Numbered from the stretch's first letter, positions 19,026 to 27,770 are shown. The stretch is DNA of 64,000 nt from an uncultured Anaerotruncus sp. (GCA_902461815.1 CABPZE010000001.1:129374-193373), one strand, 5' to 3'. Notes: generated by a model from the letters alone, not told the origin. Numbers and translations are program-made.

Positions 19026-20426
19026 TTATTTTTTTCGTGGTAATGTCAGCATCCGATACTCAATGAGCTGCGGAATACAGCGCAGGCGGCGAGGTTGAGT
19101 CAGGCACCGCCACAGCCACTCAAGGCGCAGTCTGATAAAGAGCTTGGGCGCACGGCGCACCTCACCCGCCCATACGTCCACCGCGCCTCCGAGTGCGGCG
19201 GCAACGCGCACCCCTGCTTCCCGCAGCATCGGAAGATGCTCGTATATCCAGTGCTCCTGACGCGGAGAGCCAAGACATACGATAAGCAGGCGCGGCTTTG
19301 CCATCAGCAGTGCCGAGGTCAGTGCCGCCTCGTCAGCCGCCTCAGCGTAACCGTCGTATGCTCCGAAAACTTCAAGCCCCGGAAGCTCATTTTCAAGCCG
19401 CTTTGCGGCTTTTTTTGCAATTCCGTGCTTTCCGCCGAGCAGAAATACCCCCGCGTGTTTTTCGGCGGCAATTTTCATTATTTCGTAACCGAAGTCTATC
19501 CCTGCTACTCGCTCAGGGAGCGGAGTTCCGAGGCGCTTTGCCGCGTCCACAACACCTCTGCCGTCTGCAAGCGAGAGAGAAGCGGAGTTTATTATACGGC
19601 AAAAATCCGGGTCGCGGCGGCATTGCATTGAGATCAGGGGATTGGGGGTGAAGACCGTCATTACTCTGTCACCGCCGTTTGTCAGTTCGTCTTGCGCCTT
19701 GCTTACGGCATTTTTGAGCGTAATATTATCAAAAATGACACCGAGCACCGTGACGGTATCGCGTACGTTATTATTAGCCGGAATAAAACCGAGCGCCCCT
19801 GCCGCGGGAGAAACCTCGACAGTGCTGTCGAGGTTTCTGCAAAGCGAAATGACACCGACACGGTCTGCTTCCTTTTTCACAAATCGGTCTGTCAATGTTC
19901 CGTCGGGGATTGCACGACAGTCTAAAAGTCTTCCGCCCGCGTATTTTGAAGCCGCCTCGAGCGCCGTCCAGCCGCAAAGAAAGCTTTCGGGTGTGTCTGT
20001 GGTTTCAATTCCGCGCGGTGCAAGCCAACGCGCGGCAAGCCTTTTGCGCTGTTCGGCTTTTTCGCTGCTCTCAGGCAGGGAAAGATATTCAAGATCAATT
20101 CCGACCTCGCCGCCGTCGGACAGCGCGCATACTACTGTACCGTTGCTGTGAGATATCGAAAAACAAATATTCGGCAGAGCAGGGAAATAAGGCTTGCCGT
20201 TTTCGTTCCGGCTTATGAGAGTGTTTTCGCCGTGAGGAATTCCGGCGCTTTCAAGCATCGAAAGCAAGAGCGTTGCCCCCAAAAGTGACATTTCCTGTTC
20301 CGCGTCTGATTTACGCGTAAGGCTTTTGGTATACTCAGCGCCGAAAGCTGATATCAGCTTGTTCTTATCGACACACGGTGCACCGCAATTGCCCGTTTCC
20401 GCACAGTCGAGATAGACGTGTACCAT
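19026..20426 (-). CDS. Fusion protein: N-terminal Sfp-type 4'-phosphopantetheinyl transferase domain plus C-terminal WecB/TagA/CpsF (GT26) glycosyltransferase domain
   Basis: The N-terminal half has the PPTase motifs NENGKPYF, FSISHSNG, VGIDLEYL and WTALEAASKYAGG. The C-terminal half has VLGVIFDNITLKNAV...VFTPNPLISM...LADGRGVV...VFLLGGKHG...LIVCLGSPRQEHW, typical of the TagA/WecG family. It is one uninterrupted 466-codon frame. Confidence 0.75.
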   Translation of the reverse strand: MVHVYLDCAETGNCGAPCVDKNKLISAFGAEYTKSLTRKSDAEQEMSLLGATLLLSMLESAGIPHGENTLISRNENGKPYFPALPNICFSISHSNGTVVCALSDGGEVGIDLEYLSLPESSEKAEQRKRLAARWLAPRGIETTDTPESFLCGWTALEAASKYAGGRLLDCRAIPDGTLTDRFVKKEADRVGVISLCRNLDSTVEVSPAAGALGFIPANNNVRDTVTVLGVIFDNITLKNAVSKAQDELTNGGDRVMTVFTPNPLISMQCRRDPDFCRIINSASLSLADGRGVVDAAKRLGTPLPERVAGIDFGYEIMKIAAEKHAGVFLLGGKHGIAKKAAKRLENELPGLEVFGAYDGYAEAADEAALTSALLMAKPRLLIVCLGSPRQEHWIYEHLPMLREAGVRVAAALGGAVDVWAGEVRRAPKLFIRLRLEWLWRCLTQPRRLRCIPQLIEYRMLTLPRKK

Positions 20427-20428
20427 TT

Positions 20429-21019
20429 TCAGTCCGTGGTTTGACCGAGCAGGCGCAGAAGATATGACTCAAGCGTCTGCCATGACATGGCGCCCACATG
20501 ATTTCCGATTATATTTCCGCTTTTGTCGATGAACAGCGTAAGAGGTATCGAATAAACCGAATAAGTGTTTGCGGCGTCCGATTTTGTGTCGTAATAGACC
20601 GGGAAGGTGTATCCCTCCTGGCTGACAAAGCTCTTGACCCCCTCTATTGTTTCGGATATTCCGTCAGTGAGATTGACCATCAGAAAATTCACGTCGTTGC
20701 CGTATTTAGTGTACATTTCATTGAAGTCCGGAAGTTCGGCACGGCATGGCGGACACCATGTCGCCCAGAAATTTATAACGATAGGCTCACCTGCAAAATC
20801 CGAAAGCCGGACTTCGTTTCCGTCGGAATCAAGCACGGTAAAGTCAGGGGAGTTGAATTCCTTCTGGCTTTCGGCGGTCGATGAGTCGCCGCTGCTGACC
20901 GGGGGAACGGTAAGTTCGGGCTCGTACTTTTCCGAGAGCTGTGTGTAAAGTATGACTGCTACGACAAACAGTAATATAAAGGCAACGGCGGCTATTATCA
21001 GTTTTAAGTTTTTTTTCAT
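20429..21019 (-). CDS. TlpA/ResA-like membrane-anchored thiol:disulfide oxidoreductase (thioredoxin fold)
   Basis: N-terminal TM anchor (MKKNLKLIIAAVAFILLFVVAVILY) and active site WATWCPPC. The stop is 2 nt from the downstream fusion gene's ATG. Confidence 0.85.
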   Translation of the reverse strand: MKKNLKLIIAAVAFILLFVVAVILYTQLSEKYEPELTVPPVSSGDSSTAESQKEFNSPDFTVLDSDGNEVRLSDFAGEPIVINFWATWCPPCRAELPDFNEMYTKYGNDVNFLMVNLTDGISETIEGVKSFVSQEGYTFPVYYDTKSDAANTYSVYSIPLTLFIDKSGNIIGNHVGAMSWQTLESYLLRLLGQTTD

Positions 21020-21041
21020 CTCATTTGATTTCCTTTTTGAT

Positions 21042-21734
21042 TTATTTAAGGAGGGCGAGAAGCCGGTCAAATAGTCCGGCTGCCATGGTTATTCCCACAA
21101 CGATCAGAAATATGCCGCAAACAAGATTGACAGTGCGGTAATGACGCTTGATGAATCCGAACGCGGAAGTAAGACGGTCGATAAGCAGAGCGGAGATGAC
21201 AAAAGGGATACCGAGTCCCAGCGAGTAGCATAACAGGAGCATCGCTCCGGTCAATGCTCCTCCGCCGGATGATGAGGCAAGCATCAGCGCCGAGCCGAGA
21301 AATGCGCCGACGCAGGGCGTGAAGCTGACGGAATAGACCACTCCGAACAGAAACGCCGATAAAACGCTGTTTATCTCGCCCGTGTCCTTCATCATGCCGT
21401 TGAACGGAAGTCTGAAAACGCCGAGATATCCCAGCCCGAATATTATTACTATTAACCCGCACACGATATTGACCGCTGTTTTATAACGTGTCAGGAAACC
21501 GCCCAGCGCTCCGGCAAAAAGTCCGAGAAGCGTGAAAACAAGCGTAAATCCGATAACGAACGCAAGAGAGCGGAAAAGGACATTCCGCTTGCCGTGTGCC
21601 GGATCTGGCGTTTTGCCTTCGGCGTCCGGATGTGCATTACCGGCAAAATACATGACGTACAGCGGAAGCATGGGAAGCATACACGGAGAAATGAAAGATA
21701 TAAAGCCTTCAAGAAAGGTGACAAGATACTGCAT
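21042..21734 (-). CDS. ccdA: CcdA/DsbD-family thiol:disulfide electron-transfer membrane protein
   Basis: Polytopic ORF with the two conserved Cys contexts FISPCMLPMLPLY and SFTPCVGAFLG. Confidence 0.85.
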   Translation of the reverse strand: MQYLVTFLEGFISFISPCMLPMLPLYVMYFAGNAHPDAEGKTPDPAHGKRNVLFRSLAFVIGFTLVFTLLGLFAGALGGFLTRYKTAVNIVCGLIVIIFGLGYLGVFRLPFNGMMKDTGEINSVLSAFLFGVVYSVSFTPCVGAFLGSALMLASSSGGGALTGAMLLLCYSLGLGIPFVISALLIDRLTSAFGFIKRHYRTVNLVCGIFLIVVGITMAAGLFDRLLALLK

Positions 21735-22059
21735 ATTATTTCCTTGTTTTGTTGATTTGTATCACGCATCTGAATGCGAGGCACTGATAAAATTATACAT
21801 TGTAAACCGTCTGGAGTCAATAGATTGAGCTTCAAAAGTCAAAAGAAGTGTCGGATGTGCCGGAAAATCAAAAGGATTATTGTCAAAACTCCAAAAAAAC
21901 CGCGCGATGTGTACGAAATGTTTGGAGGATGTAATAAAAATGATAAATTTTCAACAAACCTCTTGTATATTTGCCCGGAATAAGATAAAATATATAGTGG
22001 CAATAAATGGTCTGCAAAAACAAAAAACAAACCAATTAAAAAACGGAGGATATCCAATT

Positions 22060-23091
22060 ATGTCAGTAAAAGTTGCTATTAACGGTTTTGGCCGTATCGG
22101 CCGTCTCGCTTTCCGTCAGATGTTTGACGCTGAGGGCTATGAAGTAGTCGCTATCAACGACCTTACCAGCCCCAAGATGCTCGCTCATCTGCTTAAGTAT
22201 GATACCGCGCAGGGTTCTTTCCTCGGCCGTATCGGCGAAGGCAAGCACACCGTTGAGGCTACCGAAGATTCTATCATCGTTGACGGCAAGAGCATCAGAA
22301 TTTACGCTGAGAAGGATGCCAACAACTGCCCCTGGAAGGCTCTCGATGTTGATGTTGTTCTCGAGTGCACCGGTTTCTACACCTCCAAAGAGAAGTCCAT
22401 GGCTCACATCAATGCCGGCGCAAAGAAGGTCGTTATTTCCGCTCCCGCGGGCAATGACCTCAAGACCATCGTTTACAGCGTAAACGAAAAGACCCTGACC
22501 CCCGACGATCAGATTATTTCCGCTGCATCCTGCACCACCAACTGCCTTGCTCCTATGGCAAAGGCTCTTAACGATGCATACCCCATCGTTTCCGGTATCA
22601 TGACCACCGTTCACGCCTATACAGGCGACCAGATGATCCTTGACGGTCCTCAGCGCAAGGGTGACCTCAGAAGATCTCGCGCAGGCGCTCAGAACATCGT
22701 TCCTAACTCCACCGGCGCTGCCAAGGCAATCGGTCTTGTTATTCCGGAACTGAACGGCAAGCTCATCGGCTCCGCTCAGCGCGTTCCCACTCCTACCGGC
22801 TCCACCACCATTCTGGTTGCTGTTGTCAACGGTAAGGACGTGACCAAGGAATCCATCAACGCCGCTATGAAGGCTGCTTCCAACGAGTCCTTCGGCTACA
22901 ACACCGACGAGATCGTTTCTTCCGACGTTATCGGTATGCGTTACGGTTCTCTCTTTGATGCCACTCAGACCATGGTTTCTAAGATCGACGACAACACCTA
23001 CCAGGTACAGGTAGTTTCCTGGTACGATAACGAGAACAGCTACACAAGCCAGATGGTTCGCACCATCAAGTACTTTGCCGAACTCAAATAA
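22060..23091 (+). CDS. gap: Type I glyceraldehyde-3-phosphate dehydrogenase
   Basis: [19 protein letters not shown] and the catalytic [18 protein letters not shown] lies upstream of ATG 22060. The ORF-track N-terminal extension is implausible. Confidence 0.95.
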   Translation: MSVKVAINGFGRIGRLAFRQMFDAEGYEVVAINDLTSPKMLAHLLKYDTAQGSFLGRIGEGKHTVEATEDSIIVDGKSIRIYAEKDANNCPWKALDVDVVLECTGFYTSKEKSMAHINAGAKKVVISAPAGNDLKTIVYSVNEKTLTPDDQIISAASCTTNCLAPMAKALNDAYPIVSGIMTTVHAYTGDQMILDGPQRKGDLRRSRAGAQNIVPNSTGAAKAIGLVIPELNGKLIGSAQRVPTPTGSTTILVAVVNGKDVTKESINAAMKAASNESFGYNTDEIVSSDVIGMRYGSLFDATQTMVSKIDDNTYQVQVVSWYDNENSYTSQMVRTIKYFAELK

Positions 23092-23115
23092 GTTTGGTTC
23101 ACAGCTGAATATTCC

Positions 23116-23153
23116 AAATGCGGCCGGTGCGCGTAAGCGCGCCGGTCGCATTT
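23116..23153 (+). terminator. Terminator hairpin after gap
   Basis: AAATGCGGCCGGTGCGCG taa GCGCGCCGGTCGCATTT. Confidence 0.7.
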
Positions 23154-23232
23154 GGACTCTTTACAACCACACCCTTTTATGTTATACTTAAGAAAACATC
23201 CGGATGTGACATATTTAAAAGGAGGCTGCGGT

Positions 23233-23901
23233 ATGCCGAGAATATTACTTGTTGAGGATGACGCGGGAATAGTATCGGGGCTTACGGATTTTCTGCGTTC
23301 AGAGGGCTTTGAGGTTGAAAATGCCCCGGGGCAGTGCGAGGCGCTCAGTCTTGTTGAGGCAAACCGGTTTGACCTTTTGCTGCTTGACGTCTCACTGAGA
23401 GACGGAAACGGCTTTGCCGTATGCTCTGCCGTCAAGGGCAAATATGATATTCCCGTGATATTCCTTACCGCATCTGGAGATGAGGGAAGCGTAGTTGCCG
23501 GACTGGATATCGGAGCAGATGATTACATATCCAAGCCCTTCCGCCCGCGGGAGCTTGCCTCGCGCATACGAAGCGTACTCCGCCGCAGCGGAGGTGCGAG
23601 AAATATCATTCAGCTTGACGATCTGACGGTTGACACCGATAAGGGTACGCTGACAAAGAACGGAGAGGATATTGCGCTTTCTGCGCTCGAATACCGTATT
23701 CTTCTGGTCTTCATCAGCAATCGCGGCAGGCTTTTGTCACGCACGCGACTTTTGGAGGAGATATGGGATGTCGGCGGCGATTTTGTAAACGACAACACTC
23801 TGACAGTTTATATAAAGCGCCTGCGTGAAAAAATTGAGGATGACCCACAAGATCCTAAAATCATCAAAACCGTACGCGGGCTGGGATACAGGCTTGACTG
23901 A
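23233..23901 (+). CDS. OmpR-family response regulator
   Basis: MPRILLVEDDAGI receiver domain, phospho-acceptor context LLLLDVSL, and a C-terminal winged helix (LSALEYRILLVF...IKTVRGLGYRL). AAAGGAGG lies upstream of ATG 23233. Confidence 0.9.
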   Translation: MPRILLVEDDAGIVSGLTDFLRSEGFEVENAPGQCEALSLVEANRFDLLLLDVSLRDGNGFAVCSAVKGKYDIPVIFLTASGDEGSVVAGLDIGADDYISKPFRPRELASRIRSVLRRSGGARNIIQLDDLTVDTDKGTLTKNGEDIALSALEYRILLVFISNRGRLLSRTRLLEEIWDVGGDFVNDNTLTVYIKRLREKIEDDPQDPKIIKTVRGLGYRLD

Positions 23902-23902
23902 C

Positions 23903-24907
23903 ATGAATATTTGGAAAAACCCTGAGCTTCGGCTGGAAATTATACTTCATATAGTGTTGACGGCAGTGCTCGCCGCCGTGGGCTTTTGCTTTGGCGCGGT
24001 AAGCGGTATTATGCTACTGGTGTCAGGCATACTTTTTACGGTTTTTTATCTTGCCTCGGTATACATGCGTTATCGGAGCATTGTGCGCCTGAGTCAGAAT
24101 ATTGACCGGATACTGCACGGTCAGGACAGCATTTTGTTTTCCGAGAGCCGAGAAGGAGAGCTTGCGATACTTGGCAGTGTGATCCAGAAGATGACGGTTC
24201 GCCTGCGCGATCAGGCGGATATACTGGTGAGCGATAAACAAAGACTCAACGACGCAATCGCAGATATTTCGCATCAGCTTCGCACGCCGCTCACTTCAAT
24301 GACACTTACAATATCTCTGCTTTCCGAAGAAAATCTTACGGATGCGCGCCGCGCAGAGCTGATGCACGAGCTTAAAAAATCGCTCCGGCGCATCGACTGG
24401 CTTATTGAAGCGCTGCTTAAGATATCAAAAATTGACGCGGGAACGGCGGAATTCAAATCCGAGCCGGTATCTGTCCGTGGGATGGCGGAACGAGCCGCCG
24501 CACCTCTTCTTATCCCCATGGAACTTCGCTCACAAAGACTTTTGCTTAATATTGGGGAGGAGAGCTATATAGGGGATATGTCATGGAGCGTCGAGGCGGT
24601 GGGAAATATTCTCAAAAACTGCGTCGAGCATACGCCCGAGGGAGGAACCGTTGAGATCGCGGCGACGGAAACGGCGCTTTATACAGAAATAAATATCCGC
24701 GACAGCGGCTGTGGCTTTGATCCGGAGGACATACCGCATCTTTTTGAACGCTTCTGGCGCGGCAAAAACGCGAAGGACGATAGCGTCGGCATCGGACTTG
24801 CGCTCGCCAGGACGGTCATATGTGAGCAGAACGGGACGGTTTCGGCGTCAAACGGCAAGGACGGCGGCGCGTGCTTCAATATACGTTTTTATAAAAGAGT
24901 AATATAG
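23903..24907 (+). CDS. Sensor histidine kinase, intramembrane-sensing type (two adjacent TM helices, almost no extracytoplasmic loop)
   Basis: The two TM helices lie within aa ~10-60. H-box ISHQLRTPLTSM, N-box LKNCVEHT, G-boxes IRDSGCGF and GIGLALAR. The start is 1 nt after the response regulator stop. Confidence 0.85.
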   Translation: MNIWKNPELRLEIILHIVLTAVLAAVGFCFGAVSGIMLLVSGILFTVFYLASVYMRYRSIVRLSQNIDRILHGQDSILFSESREGELAILGSVIQKMTVRLRDQADILVSDKQRLNDAIADISHQLRTPLTSMTLTISLLSEENLTDARRAELMHELKKSLRRIDWLIEALLKISKIDAGTAEFKSEPVSVRGMAERAAAPLLIPMELRSQRLLLNIGEESYIGDMSWSVEAVGNILKNCVEHTPEGGTVEIAATETALYTEINIRDSGCGFDPEDIPHLFERFWRGKNAKDDSVGIGLALARTVICEQNGTVSASNGKDGGACFNIRFYKRVI

Positions 24908-25079
24908 TAGTATATAAACTCGCGGCAAAACAAGCTGCCTCGGATTTATAGTCAAATACACAAAGTCGGCGTTCGGTGGCTTACGGGGCTTGGAAAAACC
25001 TCTTGCGACTCGCATAGATAAAAAATTTAGTAAAGTTGTGATCAAAGCGGCGGCACGGCGTTGCAGAAGCGTTGGTTTT

Positions 25080-25107
25080 GGGGTGTCGCGTTTTGACGCG
25101 ACACCCC
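25080..25107. terminator. GC-rich hairpin without a U-tract, 20 nt downstream of the minus-strand lipoprotein gene
   Basis: GGGGTGTCGCG ttttga CGCGACACCCC: a perfect 11-bp stem. Confidence 0.4.
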
Positions 25108-25126
25108 GGGGGACAGCGTATAATGT

Positions 25127-26107
25127 TTACTTAAGCCATACGGCGACAGTGGCGAAATCGGTAAAGGTATCGGGCAGGGTAAATCCGTCCGCTCTCGTCA
25201 ACGGGTTAGGATCGTGCAGCTTTACTTTATAGTAGTAGATAATAACGGGTGTTCCGTCATCGTCCAATGTCAGTTGACGCTTGGAAAGCTCGCGGCTGAC
25301 GTATTCAAGCTCCGCATCCTCTTTGCAGTACATGGCGGTTATCTGTTCCTCCGCCATCGCATCGCACGCCGCCGCGTCAAGTCGGCTTGAAACCTTGTTG
25401 GCGATTCCTGTTGTCGGGGGCGTCTTTACATACCGCACTCTGCCGTTTGCGTATATCCAAACATTTGCGAAGTCGGCAGCGCGTATGCCGGATACCGTGG
25501 CATAAAATGTTACTTCATACCATCCGTAGCTCATCAGATCGGGATCGTATCTGTAATTAATGCTATAATCGTTATAGTATTTTTCGTCAGTATACTTCGC
25601 TATCTCTTTTTTTGCCAATCCAACGAGTTCTTCTTCAGATAATTGATTCGCTAAAAGTTCGGAATTGCTATATCCATCGTAATGGCCAAACATATATCCG
25701 ATAACTTTAGATGTGTTTCCGGTAGGGAAGTAAACGCTAACGGATTGCCCATTTTCGTCTTTACATCCGTAAACATCATATGTATCCGGCATACAGTACC
25801 CTGCTAAGTTGGTGGTTCTGTATACTACCGAATAAGTATTTTCATCAATTACGACATCAACCTTCTTGCCTTTTTCCGAATCCAATTCACGCATCTGGTT
25901 GTAATTCAGGATCGTTCTCAAAGCGTTTATGTCGCTTTCGTTTCCCGACTGCACTATATATCCGAGAGAAACGAGTGTATCGGAATTGCCACCAATTGTC
26001 GCGGTATATGTTGGCTCAGACGCTTTGCTTACCTGCGAACACCCACAGAAAAGCATTACAATGATAATCGCAAGGCATATCGAAAAATATTTTCTGATTT
26101 CACGCAT
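25127..26107 (-). CDS. Hypothetical lipoprotein, no family recognised
   Basis: Signal peptide and lipobox MREIRKYFSICLAIIIVMLFCGCSQ. Tyr/Asp/Asn-rich 326-aa ORF in AT-richer DNA. Confidence 0.6.
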   Translation of the reverse strand: MREIRKYFSICLAIIIVMLFCGCSQVSKASEPTYTATIGGNSDTLVSLGYIVQSGNESDINALRTILNYNQMRELDSEKGKKVDVVIDENTYSVVYRTTNLAGYCMPDTYDVYGCKDENGQSVSVYFPTGNTSKVIGYMFGHYDGYSNSELLANQLSEEELVGLAKKEIAKYTDEKYYNDYSINYRYDPDLMSYGWYEVTFYATVSGIRAADFANVWIYANGRVRYVKTPPTTGIANKVSSRLDAAACDAMAEEQITAMYCKEDAELEYVSRELSKRQLTLDDDGTPVIIYYYKVKLHDPNPLTRADGFTLPDTFTDFATVAVWLK

Positions 26108-26121
26108 AACTATGTTCCTCC

Positions 26122-26688
26122 TTAACCTGTATAATTATCATTTACGATGTAAATGACATTGGTGTTTGAAAAATCATACTCTGTATAGCTAATATTGCCT
26201 AAGGCGTTAAGAATGTTTTGCGCTGTAATCTCACCCGATGATTCAGCCTCGATATTTAAGTAATACATGAATTGGGCAATCCATCCATTGGCGTTGTCGC
26301 AGTCAATTTCAACATTAAACCCAATCGTATTTTCCGCACCATTCAAATATGTCGCTCTGACAAGGTTGTCGGCATTCTTCCCGCCCGCTCCGGTCAGACA
26401 GCACATATAAAGTATGAGTTCGGATTTTGAAAACTCTGGCGACGTACCCGATTTTACTTTGGATGAAAATAAAACCGGAGAATACAAATTGCTGTCTCCA
26501 AACCATATTGAATTTTGCATGCCATGACCGCGGAAGATAAATACTTTTGAGCTTATCATATCAGCAAATGCAACATCTTCATTGCTTATTGACTGCTTTT
26601 GCGTTATTGATGCCGAAGTGCCGTAAATATTGCGCAGATAAGCGGCTGTGGTCGTAAGGTATGACGAATGATCATGGTTACCGCCCAA
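26122..26688 (-). CDS. Hypothetical small protein with a caspase-like (clan CD-like) His...Cys arrangement; the 5' end is problematic
   Basis: 188-aa ORF from TTG. It contains VFIFRGHG and, about 41 residues later, LILYMCCLTGAGG. The frame stays open upstream to 26771, where a GGAGGG-preceded ATG (26772-26770) sits one nucleotide out of frame. Confidence 0.5.
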   Translation of the reverse strand: MGGNHDHSSYLTTTAAYLRNIYGTSASITQKQSISNEDVAFADMISSKVFIFRGHGMQNSIWFGDSNLYSPVLFSSKVKSGTSPEFSKSELILYMCCLTGAGGKNADNLVRATYLNGAENTIGFNVEIDCDNANGWIAQFMYYLNIEAESSGEITAQNILNALGNISYTEYDFSNTNVIYIVNDNYTG

Positions 26689-27276
26689 TGCTGACGGAAT
26701 ACCGATAAGTGTCGCCGTATTTCTTCCGCCGCTCGTTACGGCAATATGGGCGTTTCCGGTTCATTGTTCCCTCCATTTTTGTTATTCACGTTGCTTCTAA
26801 GGTTTTGTACATACGGTTTAATTGACCACAGAAAGTTGATTCCATGAAACACATTACTTACTATTTCAATTATCCTTTCACGACACACCTCCATTCAATA
26901 TAAAAGTTATACGATATAGGTCATCTCACTTTTACATAACATCCCCCCTATAATTATAACATGAATTTTCACAAGTTCCTGCAAGTCAATTCACCGTGCA
27001 GATATTGGTATCAATTCCTTCATTGATACCATCTGCCATCATTATATCGTGATATTTCTCAATTGTCAACATGTTTCGCTCGTTTTTTTGTGCAATTTTG
27101 AAAATTATGCCGGTATACAGACGCAGTGCGGGCGCTACCGCTTCCCGACCTTGCGGATTGCGGCTTTGATCGTGACCGATAAAGCTTTTGTGACCTTTCA
27201 GTTATCATAAAGTCACCGGGGTGTCACTTTGTTCCTATATTCTTATGACATCAAATTCAAAAGAGAGGTGTATACT

Positions 27277-27770
27277 TTGGAAATTCTTAAGGTTGAGGAT
27301 CTTACAAAGTTATACGGCAATGGAGAAAACAAGGTCAGGGCTGTGGACAACGTTTCCTTTTCGGTGGAAAAGGGAGAGTTCCTTGCAATAATAGGTCCGT
27401 AAGTCTCGCAAGTCAACGCTTTTTCACATTTTTGGTGGGGTTGACCGTCCAACCTCAGGAAAGGTATATATGAACGGGCAGGACATTTACGCGCAGAATG
27501 AGGATCACTTGCAATCTTCGCCGCCGTCATGTGGGACTTATTTACCAGTTTTACAATCTGATCCCGGTGCTTGACGTGGTCGAAAACATAACGCTTCCGT
27601 TGCTTATGGATGGCAGTAAGGTCGATGAGGAAAGACTTGACGAGCTGCTGAGGACATTGGGACTCAGCAACCGACGCAAAAATCTGCCAAATCAGCTTTC
27701 TGGCGGGCAGGATCATTACTATTGAAGACAGACGCACTGTGAAAGACGAAAAACTCAGGTGTGCAAAGCC
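27277..27770 (+). pseudogene. ABC transporter ATP-binding protein remnant (MacB/FtsE-like): frameshift in Walker A plus an internal deletion after the signature motif
   Basis: Frame 1 reads LEILKVEDLTKLYGNGENKVRAVDNVSFSVEKGEFLAIIGP, then a stop. The next frame reads FGGVDRPTSGKVYMNGQDIY...VGLIYQFYNLIPVLDVVENITLPL...NQLSGGQ. The sequence then jumps straight to the C-terminal IITIEDRRTVKDEKL. The Walker B, D-loop and H-loop region is absent. Confidence 0.85.

Noticed and set aside
18856-19098. 80-aa plus-strand ORF
   Set aside because: It is read straight through the tRNA-Thr gene and its terminator.
22063-23151. 362-aa minus-strand ORF
   Set aside because: It is antisense to gap, which is unambiguous. 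It is a shadow ORF.
26953-26975. Rex-operator-like half site (minus strand TTGTGAAAATTCATGT)
   Set aside because: Only the left half (TTGTGAA) matches. The spacing and right half do not fit TTGTGAA-N4-TTCACAA.
26986-27201. Open minus-strand frame of ~71 codons ending ...LRLYTGIIFKIAQKNERNMLTIEKYHDIMMADGINEGIDTNICTVN
   Set aside because: It has no ATG/GTG/TTG start until the last 28 codons, no RBS and no recognisable family. It may be a gene fragment belonging to the islet, but I cannot support it as a CDS.
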